IMG/VR virus record: IMGVR_UViG_3300033146_002768
Location: 124,001 to 188,000 of that record
Strand: one strand, 5' to 3'
DNA: 64,000 nt
A model generated the notes under the pieces. The model ran no database searches and was not told the DNA's origin. It worked only from the letters and a program-made list of their open reading frames with translations. Positions 50,482-60,827 of the stretch are shown here, piece after piece. The first letter of the stretch is position 1. Each line of letters starts with the position of its first letter. Both the position numbers and the translations under genes were made by a program.

Positions 50482-51306
50482 TTATACCTCAATCCAAACG
50501 TTACCAGCAGAATAAGGTGCTAAAGAAACAACGTCAAATTGATTAGCTAAAGTAACAGTTGTATTTCCTTCAATAGTATCACTACCTTGTCTTTGAACAG
50601 TTACAGTGTTGGCATCAGAAGAAAGTTTCATTATTCTAATAACTCTATCTGATGTAGATGCTAAAGGTAATTCAACTATAGTGTTTCCAGCAGCAGTACT
50701 TACAACTACAGTATCATCTTCTGATGTAGCGGTATATGTTCCACCGCCAGTAACCTCAGAATAAACTACAGATGTTCCTGCTCCACCACCACCAGCTGTT
50801 GATGTTCCAATGCTTGGATTTTCTGGATCATAATTAAATACTGCATCAACTTGTTCAACTCCACCTGGAGCACTTACTTCTATAGCACCAAGGAAAAGGT
50901 GTGTACCTGGATTATAAACAGATGCTCTTTGTGAAGGTTTAATAATCTTAACAGATGCTTCTGGTGGAGGAGATATCTTTGCATATTCATAATGAAGGAC
51001 TAGATAATAATATCCAACCTCATTCCAAACACCACCTGCTCCATCTACATAAAAATCGACATCTGTCATATCAACATTAATGTTTTCAATTTCAATTAAT
51101 ACATCATCCATTATTGCTTTGCCAGCATTTGCTCTTGAAGTAGTATTGTTAACTATTTCTACAGTTATAGGAGATGGCATTAATAATACATTTGCACCAT
51201 CTGATATAATTCTAGTAAGTTTATTTACTACATCTGAGTTGTAGCTTGAATAAGGATCAACACTTCTGACTTGTGTAGGAATTGGGTTCCCCATAATTTC
51301 CTCCAA
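50482..51306 (-). CDS. putative baseplate/tail fibre structural protein
   Basis: C-terminal VELP...TVTV...DTIEG...W module typical of fibre/baseplate proteins. Confidence 0.55.
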   Translation of the reverse strand: MEEIMGNPIPTQVRSVDPYSSYNSDVVNKLTRIISDGANVLLMPSPITVEIVNNTTSRANAGKAIMDDVLIEIENINVDMTDVDFYVDGAGGVWNEVGYYYLVLHYEYAKISPPPEASVKIIKPSQRASVYNPGTHLFLGAIEVSAPGGVEQVDAVFNYDPENPSIGTSTAGGGGAGTSVVYSEVTGGGTYTATSEDDTVVVSTAAGNTIVELPLASTSDRVIRIMKLSSDANTVTVQRQGSDTIEGNTTVTLANQFDVVSLAPYSAGNVWIEV

Positions 51307-51380
51307 TTTATTTTACTTTCTAAGTGAACTTTAATCTTATGAGTTTCTAAAGTGGCAAAAACCACTAAAATCGACAAATA

Positions 51381-51394
51381 TTTATAATATGTTC
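51381..51394 (-). promoter_or_regulatory. motif B
   Basis: exact copy at the head of the fibre/rSAM operon. Confidence 0.7.
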
Positions 51395-51490
51395 TATTTC
51401 AATTTACATGCTAGATTTATATTTTAATAGTATGATTCTATATATATTAATAAACATAATATAACACAAAGCAATTGTACCGACGGAATA

Positions 51491-51533
51491 TTTGGGATAA
51501 TGCAAGGTGTTTGACATCTTACATTATCCCAAA
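51491..51533. other. 20-bp imperfect inverted repeat (stem-loop)
   Basis: TTTGGGATAATGCAAGGTGT-TTG-ACATCTTACATTATCCCAAA. Confidence 0.75.
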
Positions 51534-51582
51534 AGTAACATCATCCGTATTTAGTAAATTGTGCAAAATAACTGATTAGTAA

Positions 51583-51596
51583 TTTATAATATGTTC
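51583..51596 (-). promoter_or_regulatory. motif B
   Basis: exact copy. Confidence 0.65.
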
Positions 51597-51612
51597 TATA
51601 TGTTTGGTTAAC

Positions 51613-52236
51613 TTAGTCACTTATTATATCAGTGTCCTCAAATACATCTTGAACAGTAGGATAGTGTTTATCTACTGTTACAATTATCCAGCCATCATCT
51701 TTTAATTTTTGATTTTTATGTGGATCAGGAAATGGATCTTCATTATGCCAAAAAGAATTAGGAAAGTCAAATGCTACTTTCTTAATAGGGTCAGCCATAT
51801 CAGTAATATATTTCCATAATAATGCATCATCATGAAAATGTCTTTTCTCTATACTATAATTATTTTCTAAGTAAGGATAAGCATCATGAAGGAATGTTAG
51901 AATATCAGCTTTATTTTTTGATACTCCTTCTAAGTTTATATGTGAAAACTTATCATTCAATAAAGGATTATCAATATCTATTTCTTCATCTAATGGTTCA
52001 GATGGTATTCCTTCTGTATCTTGAAATAGAATACTATCTTTGAATTTATATCTTGTCGCTTGATATTGTGTGCTAGATATAGGACAATCTGGATACTTTA
52101 ATTTATACTCAGCGAAGGTCATTCCATCATGTTTCTTTTTTAAATGTTTAGGTGTTATAAGTCTGAATGCTTCGCCACACTCTTGGCATATAACTTTACC
52201 ATTTATACCTTTAGGATATTGCAACTCAATAGTCAT
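51613..52236 (-). CDS. zinc-finger protein with a possible endonuclease-like C-terminus
   Basis: VICQECG...HLKKKH.MTFAEYK; C-terminal D...FWH...GW.I pattern. Confidence 0.5.
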   Translation of the reverse strand: MTIELQYPKGINGKVICQECGEAFRLITPKHLKKKHDGMTFAEYKLKYPDCPISSTQYQATRYKFKDSILFQDTEGIPSEPLDEEIDIDNPLLNDKFSHINLEGVSKNKADILTFLHDAYPYLENNYSIEKRHFHDDALLWKYITDMADPIKKVAFDFPNSFWHNEDPFPDPHKNQKLKDDGWIIVTVDKHYPTVQDVFEDTDIISD

Positions 52237-52355
52237 TAATTTTCCCCTTAATCAAATCATTACATTTATTTAATTATATGTTCTATATTTGGAACATTAT
52301 TACATATAAAAGAACAAATCTAAAATATAAACATATAATATATAAGGAGTTTAAA

Positions 52356-52898
52356 TTGAATACTTTTTTCACATCAGATCAACATTTTGAACACAGAGCT
52401 ATTATAGATCATTGTCAACGACCATTTGTTAGTACCAAACATATGAAAAACATTATTAAAAAATGTTGGAATAGAGTTGTTAAAGAAGAAGATAAGGTAT
52501 ATGTGGTTGGAGATTTTTCTTTACAATCTCCAAAATTAAGACAAATATTTAAACAAATTTTAGACAATCTAAATGGAAGAAAAATATTAGTTGTTGGCAA
52601 TCATGAAGTTGATAAAATATTCTTTTATGCTGGAGATCATGGAATAGGATTTGAACAAGTAGTATATCCTTATTTAGAAGTTGAGGAATTTGTGCTTTGT
52701 CATGATCCAACATTATCAATAGTATTGCCTGATAGACCTTTCATAGTTGGTCATGTTCATCAAATGTGGCATACATTAAGAAATTGTTATAATGTCGGAG
52801 TTGATGTAAATGACTTCACTCCAGTTTCAATTGAAACTATAAGAGAACATTTTAGAAACAATACAGACATTAAAGTGGAGGCAAAAATTGAAACTTGA
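52356..52898 (+). CDS. calcineurin-like metallophosphoesterase (TTG start)
   Basis: TSDQHF.H, VGDF, GNHE, CH.P, GHVH, NVGVD; AAGGAG before TTG at 52356. Confidence 0.85.
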   Translation: MNTFFTSDQHFEHRAIIDHCQRPFVSTKHMKNIIKKCWNRVVKEEDKVYVVGDFSLQSPKLRQIFKQILDNLNGRKILVVGNHEVDKIFFYAGDHGIGFEQVVYPYLEVEEFVLCHDPTLSIVLPDRPFIVGHVHQMWHTLRNCYNVGVDVNDFTPVSIETIREHFRNNTDIKVEAKIET

Positions 52899-53265
52899 AT
52901 TGAAACAAAAGTTAGTAGATAACTATCCTGAAATAATTGATAATGTAGATCATATTATTTATTGTGGAGATGGATGGTACTGGTTGATTGATCACATTTG
53001 TGATTGTATTCAAAGTTATCTTGATAACAATCCACAGGAGCAAATTAAAGCTTTACAAATTAAATCAAAATTTGGTGAGTTAAGTTTTTATATAAATAGT
53101 AAGAATGAAATTGTAAAAGGAATGATCTGGTTTGCTTCATTTTTATCAAGTCATATGTGTGAGAATTGTGGAACAAGAAAAGATGTATCCAGAGCTAAAG
53201 GTAATTGGGTTATATACTTATGTCCATCATGTCAAATTATAAGGGAGAAATTAAAAAATGAATGA
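52888..53265 (+). CDS. phage-type hypothetical protein with zinc ribbon
   Basis: GDGW, QIKSKFGEL, CENCG...CPSC. Confidence 0.65.
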   Translation: MKLELKQKLVDNYPEIIDNVDHIIYCGDGWYWLIDHICDCIQSYLDNNPQEQIKALQIKSKFGELSFYINSKNEIVKGMIWFASFLSSHMCENCGTRKDVSRAKGNWVIYLCPSCQIIREKLKNE

Positions 53266-53746
53266 TTCAAAAACTATTGATTCATTTTCAGGCGAGTATG
53301 ATTGGCTAAGTAATTTTTATCCAGTTAGTATTTACTATAAAGGATTATACTGGCAAACATCTGAACATGCTTATCAAGCTTCTAAAACAATGATTCCTGG
53401 TGAAATGGATTGGGTTAGAAATTGTAGAACGCCAGGTCAAGCTAAACGAATGGCATCAAAGAAAAAAGGAAAGATTACTTTAAGACCTGGTTGGGATTCT
53501 ATGAGATATGATGTTATGGTTGAAGTACTTAGAGAGAAATTTAAAAATCCTACTCTTTGGGAAAAACTTTGTTTAACTTTTGGGAAAGTTTTAATTGAAG
53601 GTAATCAATGGCATGATAATTATTGGGGTAATTGTTACTGTCCAGAGTGTGAAAATATAGAAGGATTGAATATGTTAGGTATGGCTTTAACACAAGTTAG
53701 GGGTGAACTATTTGGTTCAAATGTAAAGAATAAATATGAAACGTAA
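53258..53746 (+). CDS. NADAR (YbiA-like) family protein
   Basis: WLSNFY, TSEHAYQASK, KF.NP.L, WHDNYWG, G.NMLG.AL. Confidence 0.9.
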   Translation: MNDSKTIDSFSGEYDWLSNFYPVSIYYKGLYWQTSEHAYQASKTMIPGEMDWVRNCRTPGQAKRMASKKKGKITLRPGWDSMRYDVMVEVLREKFKNPTLWEKLCLTFGKVLIEGNQWHDNYWGNCYCPECENIEGLNMLGMALTQVRGELFGSNVKNKYET

Positions 53747-53915
53747 AGTGGACTTTGTAACTAATAGTTCATCGTGTAGTTATATACTTGGGGTTACAAT
53801 AAAACAAGTATGTAAAAAATATAAACCTGACTGTATAGTTTTTGCAATATGTACACAACCATGCAAAGGAGCTATAAAATATGCTAGAGACCATGGAGAG
53901 GAAATAGGATTATGA
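53736..53915 (+). CDS. 59-aa FVTNSSS-motif protein (not in ORF track)
   Basis: MKRKVDFVTNSSSCSY...; overlaps both neighbouring genes. Confidence 0.7.
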   Translation: MKRKVDFVTNSSSCSYILGVTIKQVCKKYKPDCIVFAICTQPCKGAIKYARDHGEEIGL

Positions 53916-54742
53916 AAGTTTTATATGCAACCGACCTACATGGTCAAACAAATAAGTTCGAAGCAGTATTAAAAGTTATTGATAACCATGATATTTTAAT
54001 TCTTGGAGCTGACATACTCCCAAAAGGTGAAGGAGCTACAGAAAAAAAGATACAAGATTTTATGCACAATTATCTTTTTAATTTCTTTCTAACAGTTAAA
54101 ATTCCTATTATTATAGATTTTGGAAATGATGATTGGGTAATGTATTATAAAAATTTCAAAAAAGTTATTGATATATTTCCTAATGTTCATATATCTCATT
54201 TAAATGAGATTAAAATAGATGAGTATATCTTTATAGGAATGCATTATGTTCCTGATTATCCATTTGGTATTAAAGACTGGTGTAGAATTGATGGTCCGAA
54301 AATATGTGACGATATTCAATTCGGTGCTCCTTATACTTCAGAGAGTGGTGAGATTAAAATGATTAATGGATTGAGAAAATACTTTCTTGAGAAAAAATCA
54401 ATCTATGATGTATTGAATAGTCTTTCAAAACCAACTGATAAAACAGTTTATTTAATTCATTCACCGCCAAAGTTTTCAGGGTTGGATGTTTGTTTTAGAT
54501 CAGGTCCAGTTGGATCAAATGATGTATTTAAATGGATAGAAAAAGAACAACCGTTCTTAACTCTTCATGGTCATATACATGAAAGTTATGAAATGACAAA
54601 TACAGCAATAACAAACATCGGTAAGTCTATTTGTATTAATCCTGGTCAAAAAGGAGGATATGGTTTCACTAATTTTGTATGGTGTGAATTTGATTTGGAT
54701 GATGTTCAAGAAACATTCATAAGAAAGGAAATAAAAGAATGA
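53912..54742 (+). CDS. metallophosphoesterase
   Basis: TDLHG, GADI, GNDD, HSPP, HGHIHE, NPG. Confidence 0.85.
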   Translation: MKVLYATDLHGQTNKFEAVLKVIDNHDILILGADILPKGEGATEKKIQDFMHNYLFNFFLTVKIPIIIDFGNDDWVMYYKNFKKVIDIFPNVHISHLNEIKIDEYIFIGMHYVPDYPFGIKDWCRIDGPKICDDIQFGAPYTSESGEIKMINGLRKYFLEKKSIYDVLNSLSKPTDKTVYLIHSPPKFSGLDVCFRSGPVGSNDVFKWIEKEQPFLTLHGHIHESYEMTNTAITNIGKSICINPGQKGGYGFTNFVWCEFDLDDVQETFIRKEIKE

Positions 54743-55886
54743 ATAAAATGTATTTAGTATTAGGTGACTGGTCAGATGATGGTCATGGTAAGTCTGAGAA
54801 GGTTTTAGTTGAAGTTAATAAAACAGTTGAAGAAGTTCAGAATGCTTATAAAGATTCTTGTAAATTGACTGGTATTTCTTTTAATGGAAATGAAGATTAT
54901 ACTGAAACTGGAAGACATTGGGAAATAGCTAACAAATATAGAATCGCAGTTGAATATGAAGATTATAAACTATCCGATGCAGTTCTTGAAGTATTAGAAA
55001 AGTTTAAATGCCCAAAAGAAATAATTGAAAATTACAATGAAGAAGCATATGAAGGAAATTATATTCCTTTATGGTTTTGGTTTATTGGACTTTATCTTCC
55101 AGATCTTGATTACAAAATAATTAAAGAGGGTGATGGAATACCTTGTATAAATGGTTATTGGGATAAAAATTTGAATGTGGGGTTTGGATACGGATTATAT
55201 CAATAAAGGAGAAAGGATGGATAAAGATAAAGTACAAAAGATTATAGATTTTTATAACCAAGATGATGTTATAATAATGTATCTTTTAAGAAATGATGAT
55301 TACCAAGGTTTGATCGAGGTTGATATCGAAGAAGATGATAGCGGAGATGAACCTATATTTCTTTCACGATCCTCTCACCCAAGAGCTAAAGAATATAATT
55401 ATTTACATGAATGTAATATAGAAGATTTTAGATTTTATAAAAGAGTTGATCTTGAAGGAGATTAAATGCATTCTAGAGTGAGAGGAGTTAATTGTAAACA
55501 ACAACAATTGTTAATGTTAAAACCAGGTATGTTACATTCTCATGCTGTTAGAATAAGAACCCATCGAGGTGAATCTATTTGGTCTTTATTGAAAAATTAT
55601 ATTAATAAAATAGACATTAATACTATATTCAATAGAACTGAATTGTTGTCGTGTGTATATGTTCATGAAGTTGTTATAGGCGGAATAACTGCATGCCAAA
55701 CTACAGTTGATCAATATAAAAGATATTTAGTATTAGCTGAGATAGTAGAATCAGCAGGTTGGGGTAAATATAAAAAACTTAAAAACATACCCGAACATTT
55801 ATCAATAAAAAAATTACAAAAACATGTATATAATTACGACTGGAGAAGTTGGTTTATATTAATAGAAGATTTATAAAGGAGAAAAA

Positions 55887-57722
55887 ATGGCTACACAAAG
55901 AACAGCGGAAGCAATTCAGTTAGAGAATGAAGTTAAAACTCATGATCAAGCATACTGGGTTAAAAACAAACCTCTTGTTAATGATGATATTTATGATCAG
56001 ATTGTCAGGAGACTTTTAAAAATCGAACCGGATAATGTATACCTTAATAAACCAAAAGCTCCAAAGGTTGATTCCCAAGGTAAGGTAACTCATTCAATCC
56101 CTATGTTAAGTCTTGATAAAGAATATGACTTTGATGGTATTCTAAAATTCTGTAAAAGAGTATGTAGAAGTTTGGATGAAAAACTTAAAGTAATGTTTAA
56201 GTTTGATGGAGTATCTGGTCAACTTATGTTTGATATTCTTGCCTCAAGAGGTGACGGTGATATCGGAGAAGACATTACACATAAACTTCCTTTTATGAAT
56301 ATTCTTACAAAAGGAGATCCAAACTTTGTACGAGGAGAAATTCTTTTCACCAAATCAAAGTTTAAAGAGATCAAAGGTGTCGTTACCAGAAAGAATGGTG
56401 AAGATTATAAGAATGAAAGAAACGCCGTTGGTGGTGTATTGAGTCGGGATGATATGGAACCTGTTCAAGTCCTTACCTTTGTTGACTTTGAATATATTTG
56501 CAAAGAGTTTACTCATGCTGAAATTATTGAACTTGGTGCTTATGGATGGCAAGGTATTGTTGAAGAAGCAAAGGAATCAAATTTTCCAACTGATGGACTT
56601 GTTATAAAAGTTGCTGATGAAGAATATGCAAAAACTCTCGGTGAAACAAGACATCATTCAAAATCTGCTACTGCATTTAAATTTGCTAATCCTGGTGCCT
56701 GGTCTGTATTAAGAAGTGTTTTATTCAGTCCTGGTAAACATGATATAACTCCAGTTGGTAAGATTGATCCTGTTGAAATAACAGGTGTATCAGTTGCTAG
56801 TCCATCTCTCCATAACTGGAAAAATATTCTTGACCGTGATTTACAAATTGGAGATGAGATTTGGGTTGAAAGAGCAGGTGATGTTATACCTTATATTTCA
56901 GCATCTAAACCAGGTAAAGAAAGAACTCCAATTGAGATACCTCCATGTCCTGTATGTGGTGGAGATGTTGCATATGTAGACCCTCAGTTGGTTTGTGTTA
57001 ATGATGATTGCCCGGGTAAACTCTTAAATAAATTATCTGATGCAGTTATTAGAATTGGGATTGACCGTCTTGGTAAACCCACTATTCAAAAGATGATTGA
57101 TACACATAACATTGAAAACTTGGTTGATATATTCTCATTATCAATGGATGATCTTTTAAAGATGGAAAGATTTGGAAAAACATCTGCTGCTAATCTTTAT
57201 AATGAAATTGATAAGGTTAGACAAGGTGGAGCATATGAATGGCAGTTCCTTGCATGTTTAAATATTCAAGGAATCGGAAGAAGTTTAAGTAAAGATCTTT
57301 TGGTTGATAGATCAATTTCTGATCTTGCTAAAATGACTGACGATATGTTAACTAAACTTCCAAATATTGGGGATGAGCGAGCTCATGTTTTAATTGAAGG
57401 AATTAGAAATAACTGGGAGTATCTCAAAATATTAAATCAGATAATTCCTTTAAAAGTTGCTGAGGTTAAAGAAGATATTAATGAAGATGCTATAAAGATT
57501 TGTTTCACTGGTCGATTCCCTGAAAATAAAAAAGTTTATTATGATCTCTTAGAAGAGAAAGGTGGATATGATATTATGAATAAAGTTACAACTCTTACTG
57601 AAGTTTTAGTTGTTGCTGATCCATCTAAGGAATCAAATAAAACAAAATCAGCAAAGAAGAAAGGGATTAAAATTATTGGGATTGATGAATTGTTTGGAGG
57701 TGTAGATATTGGATCAGCTTAG
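55887..57722 (+). CDS. ligA: NAD-dependent DNA ligase
   Basis: PMLSLDK, KFDG, SRGDG..GEDIT, TDGLVIK, AFKF, zinc finger, HhH, BRCT. Confidence 0.95.
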   Translation: MATQRTAEAIQLENEVKTHDQAYWVKNKPLVNDDIYDQIVRRLLKIEPDNVYLNKPKAPKVDSQGKVTHSIPMLSLDKEYDFDGILKFCKRVCRSLDEKLKVMFKFDGVSGQLMFDILASRGDGDIGEDITHKLPFMNILTKGDPNFVRGEILFTKSKFKEIKGVVTRKNGEDYKNERNAVGGVLSRDDMEPVQVLTFVDFEYICKEFTHAEIIELGAYGWQGIVEEAKESNFPTDGLVIKVADEEYAKTLGETRHHSKSATAFKFANPGAWSVLRSVLFSPGKHDITPVGKIDPVEITGVSVASPSLHNWKNILDRDLQIGDEIWVERAGDVIPYISASKPGKERTPIEIPPCPVCGGDVAYVDPQLVCVNDDCPGKLLNKLSDAVIRIGIDRLGKPTIQKMIDTHNIENLVDIFSLSMDDLLKMERFGKTSAANLYNEIDKVRQGGAYEWQFLACLNIQGIGRSLSKDLLVDRSISDLAKMTDDMLTKLPNIGDERAHVLIEGIRNNWEYLKILNQIIPLKVAEVKEDINEDAIKICFTGRFPENKKVYYDLLEEKGGYDIMNKVTTLTEVLVVADPSKESNKTKSAKKKGIKIIGIDELFGGVDIGSA

Positions 57723-57874
57723 GAGGAATTAAGTGGATAGTATAATTATTACTTGGAATCAAATAGCTATAGCTATGACAGTAAGCTATTTGTTAGGATT
57801 ATCAACTTTCTATATTTCATGGAAATGGATTGATAGAAAAATTAAAAATAGAGTTAATTAAAGGAGAGTAAAAA

Positions 57875-58699
57875 ATGGACGTTAGATTACTAGTTATTGA
57901 TGCACAAGTAGATTTTTGTGAACCAGGTGATGTTGATAAAGGAATACCACCAGGAGCACTTTATGTTACTGGAGCAGAAGATGATTGTGAAAGAACTGCT
58001 TTAATGATTGATAGACTTGGTAAACGGATCAATATGATTTATGCTACATATGATAGCCATAGTCAATTTCAGATTTTTCATCCTATGTTCTGGATGCGAA
58101 AAGATGGACAGTCAGTTAATCCGTTTGATCTTATTACATATGCTGATATTGAGTCCGGTGATATCAGTCCGGTGAATCCTGCTTTAAGAGACTGGTGTTT
58201 GTTTTATACTAAATCTCTTGAAGATGGTGGAAGATATCCTCTTGTAATTTGGCCATACCATTGTCTAATTGGAACACCTGGCTGGAACATGAATAAACAA
58301 ATTATGGCTTCTATCCATCAGTGGGAAAGAGATACTTATCGTATCTACAAACCGATTACCAAAGGATCCAACTTTAAAACTGAACATTATTCAGCAGTTA
58401 AAGCTGAGGTTGAAGTACCTGAAGATGTTACAACTCAGTTGAATGATAAAGGTCTTATTAAACCTTTGGAACAAGCAGATGTTATTGCAATTTGTGGTCA
58501 GGCGCGTAGTCATTGTGTTGCTAATACTGTTCGTGATATTATGGCAAACTTTTCCGATCCTTCTTATATCAAGAAGCTTTATATTCTTGAAGATGCAATG
58601 TCTGATGTTGCTACGTTTGAACATCTCGGTGATACCTTCTTTGAAGATTTTTTGAAGGCTGGCGGAAATATTACAACAACAAAGAAATTTCTTGTATAG
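57875..58699 (+). CDS. pncA: nicotinamidase/isochorismatase family protein
   Basis: VIDAQVDFC, GALYV, D.H, WPYHC, SHCV. Confidence 0.8.
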   Translation: MDVRLLVIDAQVDFCEPGDVDKGIPPGALYVTGAEDDCERTALMIDRLGKRINMIYATYDSHSQFQIFHPMFWMRKDGQSVNPFDLITYADIESGDISPVNPALRDWCLFYTKSLEDGGRYPLVIWPYHCLIGTPGWNMNKQIMASIHQWERDTYRIYKPITKGSNFKTEHYSAVKAEVEVPEDVTTQLNDKGLIKPLEQADVIAICGQARSHCVANTVRDIMANFSDPSYIKKLYILEDAMSDVATFEHLGDTFFEDFLKAGGNITTTKKFLV

Positions 58700-58708
58700 G
58701 AGAAAAAA

Positions 58709-59446
58709 ATGGAATTTGAAATACCTGAAAATACTGCGTTTACTTTTTCTGGAGATGACCCAGAAGATATTAAAGATCCTTCTGATGAATATACACTGGT
58801 TTCAATTGCAGAAGATGTAAGTCCTTCAACCAGTGGTGTAAGACAATTGATGTGTGATGGAAAAAAGATTGTTAACCAGGCATGTAAGAAAAATCCAAGA
58901 GTTGATAAATTGATGATTCATTACACAAAGTTTGGATCCAGCATTGAAGAAGATCATGGATTTAAACCAGTTTCTGAAATTGATGAAAATGATTATCAAC
59001 CTTCCATGACTATCGGTGGATCAACTTGTCTTTATGATGCTACATATAATTCTCTTGCAGCACTTCAAAGATATGCAGAGATCCTTGATAAATCTGATAT
59101 CGGTTGTAATGGTATTGCTTTTGTTTATACTGACGGGATGGATAATGCTTCAACCCTTGGTCCTCAGTCAATTGTTGATAAACTTGAGGAAATCAAAATG
59201 AAGGAAATCATGGAATCCGTGAAAATTATTGTTATTGGATTTTATGATTCAAATGCATCTTATGCTGCAGAGATTAAACAATATCTTGAAGACTTTGTAC
59301 ATGATATTGGGCTTGATCAATTTGTTGATATTGGAAGTTTGACTCCAGCTCAGGCAGCCAAAACATTTGGATTTGTCAGTCAATCAATCTCTTCTCAAAG
59401 TCAACATCTTGGTACAGGCGGTCCTTCACAGAACCTAACATTTTAA
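58709..59446 (+). CDS. vWA domain protein (TerY-like)
   Basis: DVSPS MIDAS, GGSTCLYDA, TDGMDNAS. Confidence 0.8.
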   Translation: MEFEIPENTAFTFSGDDPEDIKDPSDEYTLVSIAEDVSPSTSGVRQLMCDGKKIVNQACKKNPRVDKLMIHYTKFGSSIEEDHGFKPVSEIDENDYQPSMTIGGSTCLYDATYNSLAALQRYAEILDKSDIGCNGIAFVYTDGMDNASTLGPQSIVDKLEEIKMKEIMESVKIIVIGFYDSNASYAAEIKQYLEDFVHDIGLDQFVDIGSLTPAQAAKTFGFVSQSISSQSQHLGTGGPSQNLTF

Positions 59447-59455
59447 TTAAACATT

Positions 59456-59491
59456 TGGGGAGTCTTAGAGGATTAGAGACTCCCCATTTTT
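59456..59491 (+). terminator. intrinsic terminator
   Basis: TGGGGAGTCT / AGACTCCCCA + T-run. Confidence 0.75.
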
Positions 59492-59942
59492 CCGGAGGTA
59501 GAAATGAAAATAATTGTTAAAAAACCGATTCCAACAAAAGAACTCCCAACTGATACATATCAAATTCATATTAAAAGTATGCATGGCGATGCTGATGCAT
59601 ATACCGAGCAAACAAGATTACTTTCAACTATTGATGATGTCATTCAGTATATTAAATTCTTATCAACTGTTTGGACAATGACTGGTGATGAATATAATGA
59701 TAGTGAAGTTAGAAAAGCAGTAAAGGAATCCGCAGAAGAATTGGACATACCTGGACATGGTGAAGATATGTGGATGGATTTAGTTGATTTTGATCAGACA
59801 CGTAATAGCTCATATGCTGCTGTAGATGAAATTTGGGTAACTTACTTTAATAGTCGTGGTGTGGAATTTACTGTTGAAATAGAACTTGGTGATAAAGTTC
59901 ATGATAAGATATGTGATTATAAATATAAGGAATATTTTAAAA

Positions 59943-60827
59943 ATGAACATTGATACTTTTTTAAAAATAGGACATAGTCATACTATATGTCAGGATTATA
60001 TCTTGTCTGGTGATGACCCTTGTCCTTATATCATTCTCGCTGATGGTTGTTCACAAGCAAAGGATAGTGATATAGGAGCAAGGATTTTATGTCATTCAGC
60101 TTTAGAAGTTTTAACAACAATTCAAAGTTATATGGCTTCTGTTGATCCTGTTGAATTAGGTCAATGGATTATTAATCGAGCTATGAATGTTAAAAAATAT
60201 TTTCATACTAAAGTTGATTGTCTTGATGCGACTTTGATTATAGCATATCAATTTAATAAAGATTATTATGTTTATATGTATGGAGATGGAGTAATATATA
60301 CTATTGATCACGATGGTAATAGTAGAGCATACAGAAGATATTACAAACCAAATGCTCCAGCGTATCTTAGATATAGAGTTGCTGGTTATGGTAATTACAA
60401 AAACTCTAATATTGCTTCATTTATGGAAATATCTGGAATATGTGATCAAGTTGAAGATGATATTATGACTCCATACTTCCATAAGTTTTATAAAGGTGAT
60501 GTGAAAGATTTAATGATAGCAAGTGATGGTGTTGAATCGTTTGTGTATAAAGAGAAAGTTAGATATAAAACTCTTTATTTTGAATTATTGAAAGCAATGA
60601 AAGATAGTAATCCTCATTTGATTAGTGGAGTTGATATTCCAAATATTTATAGACCCGACACTTTGGAAATGGATTATCAAAAAGTTATAAGTGACATGTC
60701 AACTTTCAAATTGACTAAAGGTACCTTCTTAAGTAGACGAGTAAAGAAGGTTATGAGAAATTATCTAAAAGAAGGTTTTATAAATGATGATGACCTTTCG
60801 ATAGGTTGTTTTCATGAGGAAAATTAA
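59943..60827 (+). CDS. PP2C-like phosphatase
   Basis: GHSH..CQD, ADGCS, GDG, ASDG, DDLS; likely ATG at 59943. Confidence 0.85.
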   Translation: MNIDTFLKIGHSHTICQDYILSGDDPCPYIILADGCSQAKDSDIGARILCHSALEVLTTIQSYMASVDPVELGQWIINRAMNVKKYFHTKVDCLDATLIIAYQFNKDYYVYMYGDGVIYTIDHDGNSRAYRRYYKPNAPAYLRYRVAGYGNYKNSNIASFMEISGICDQVEDDIMTPYFHKFYKGDVKDLMIASDGVESFVYKEKVRYKTLYFELLKAMKDSNPHLISGVDIPNIYRPDTLEMDYQKVISDMSTFKLTKGTFLSRRVKKVMRNYLKEGFINDDDLSIGCFHEEN

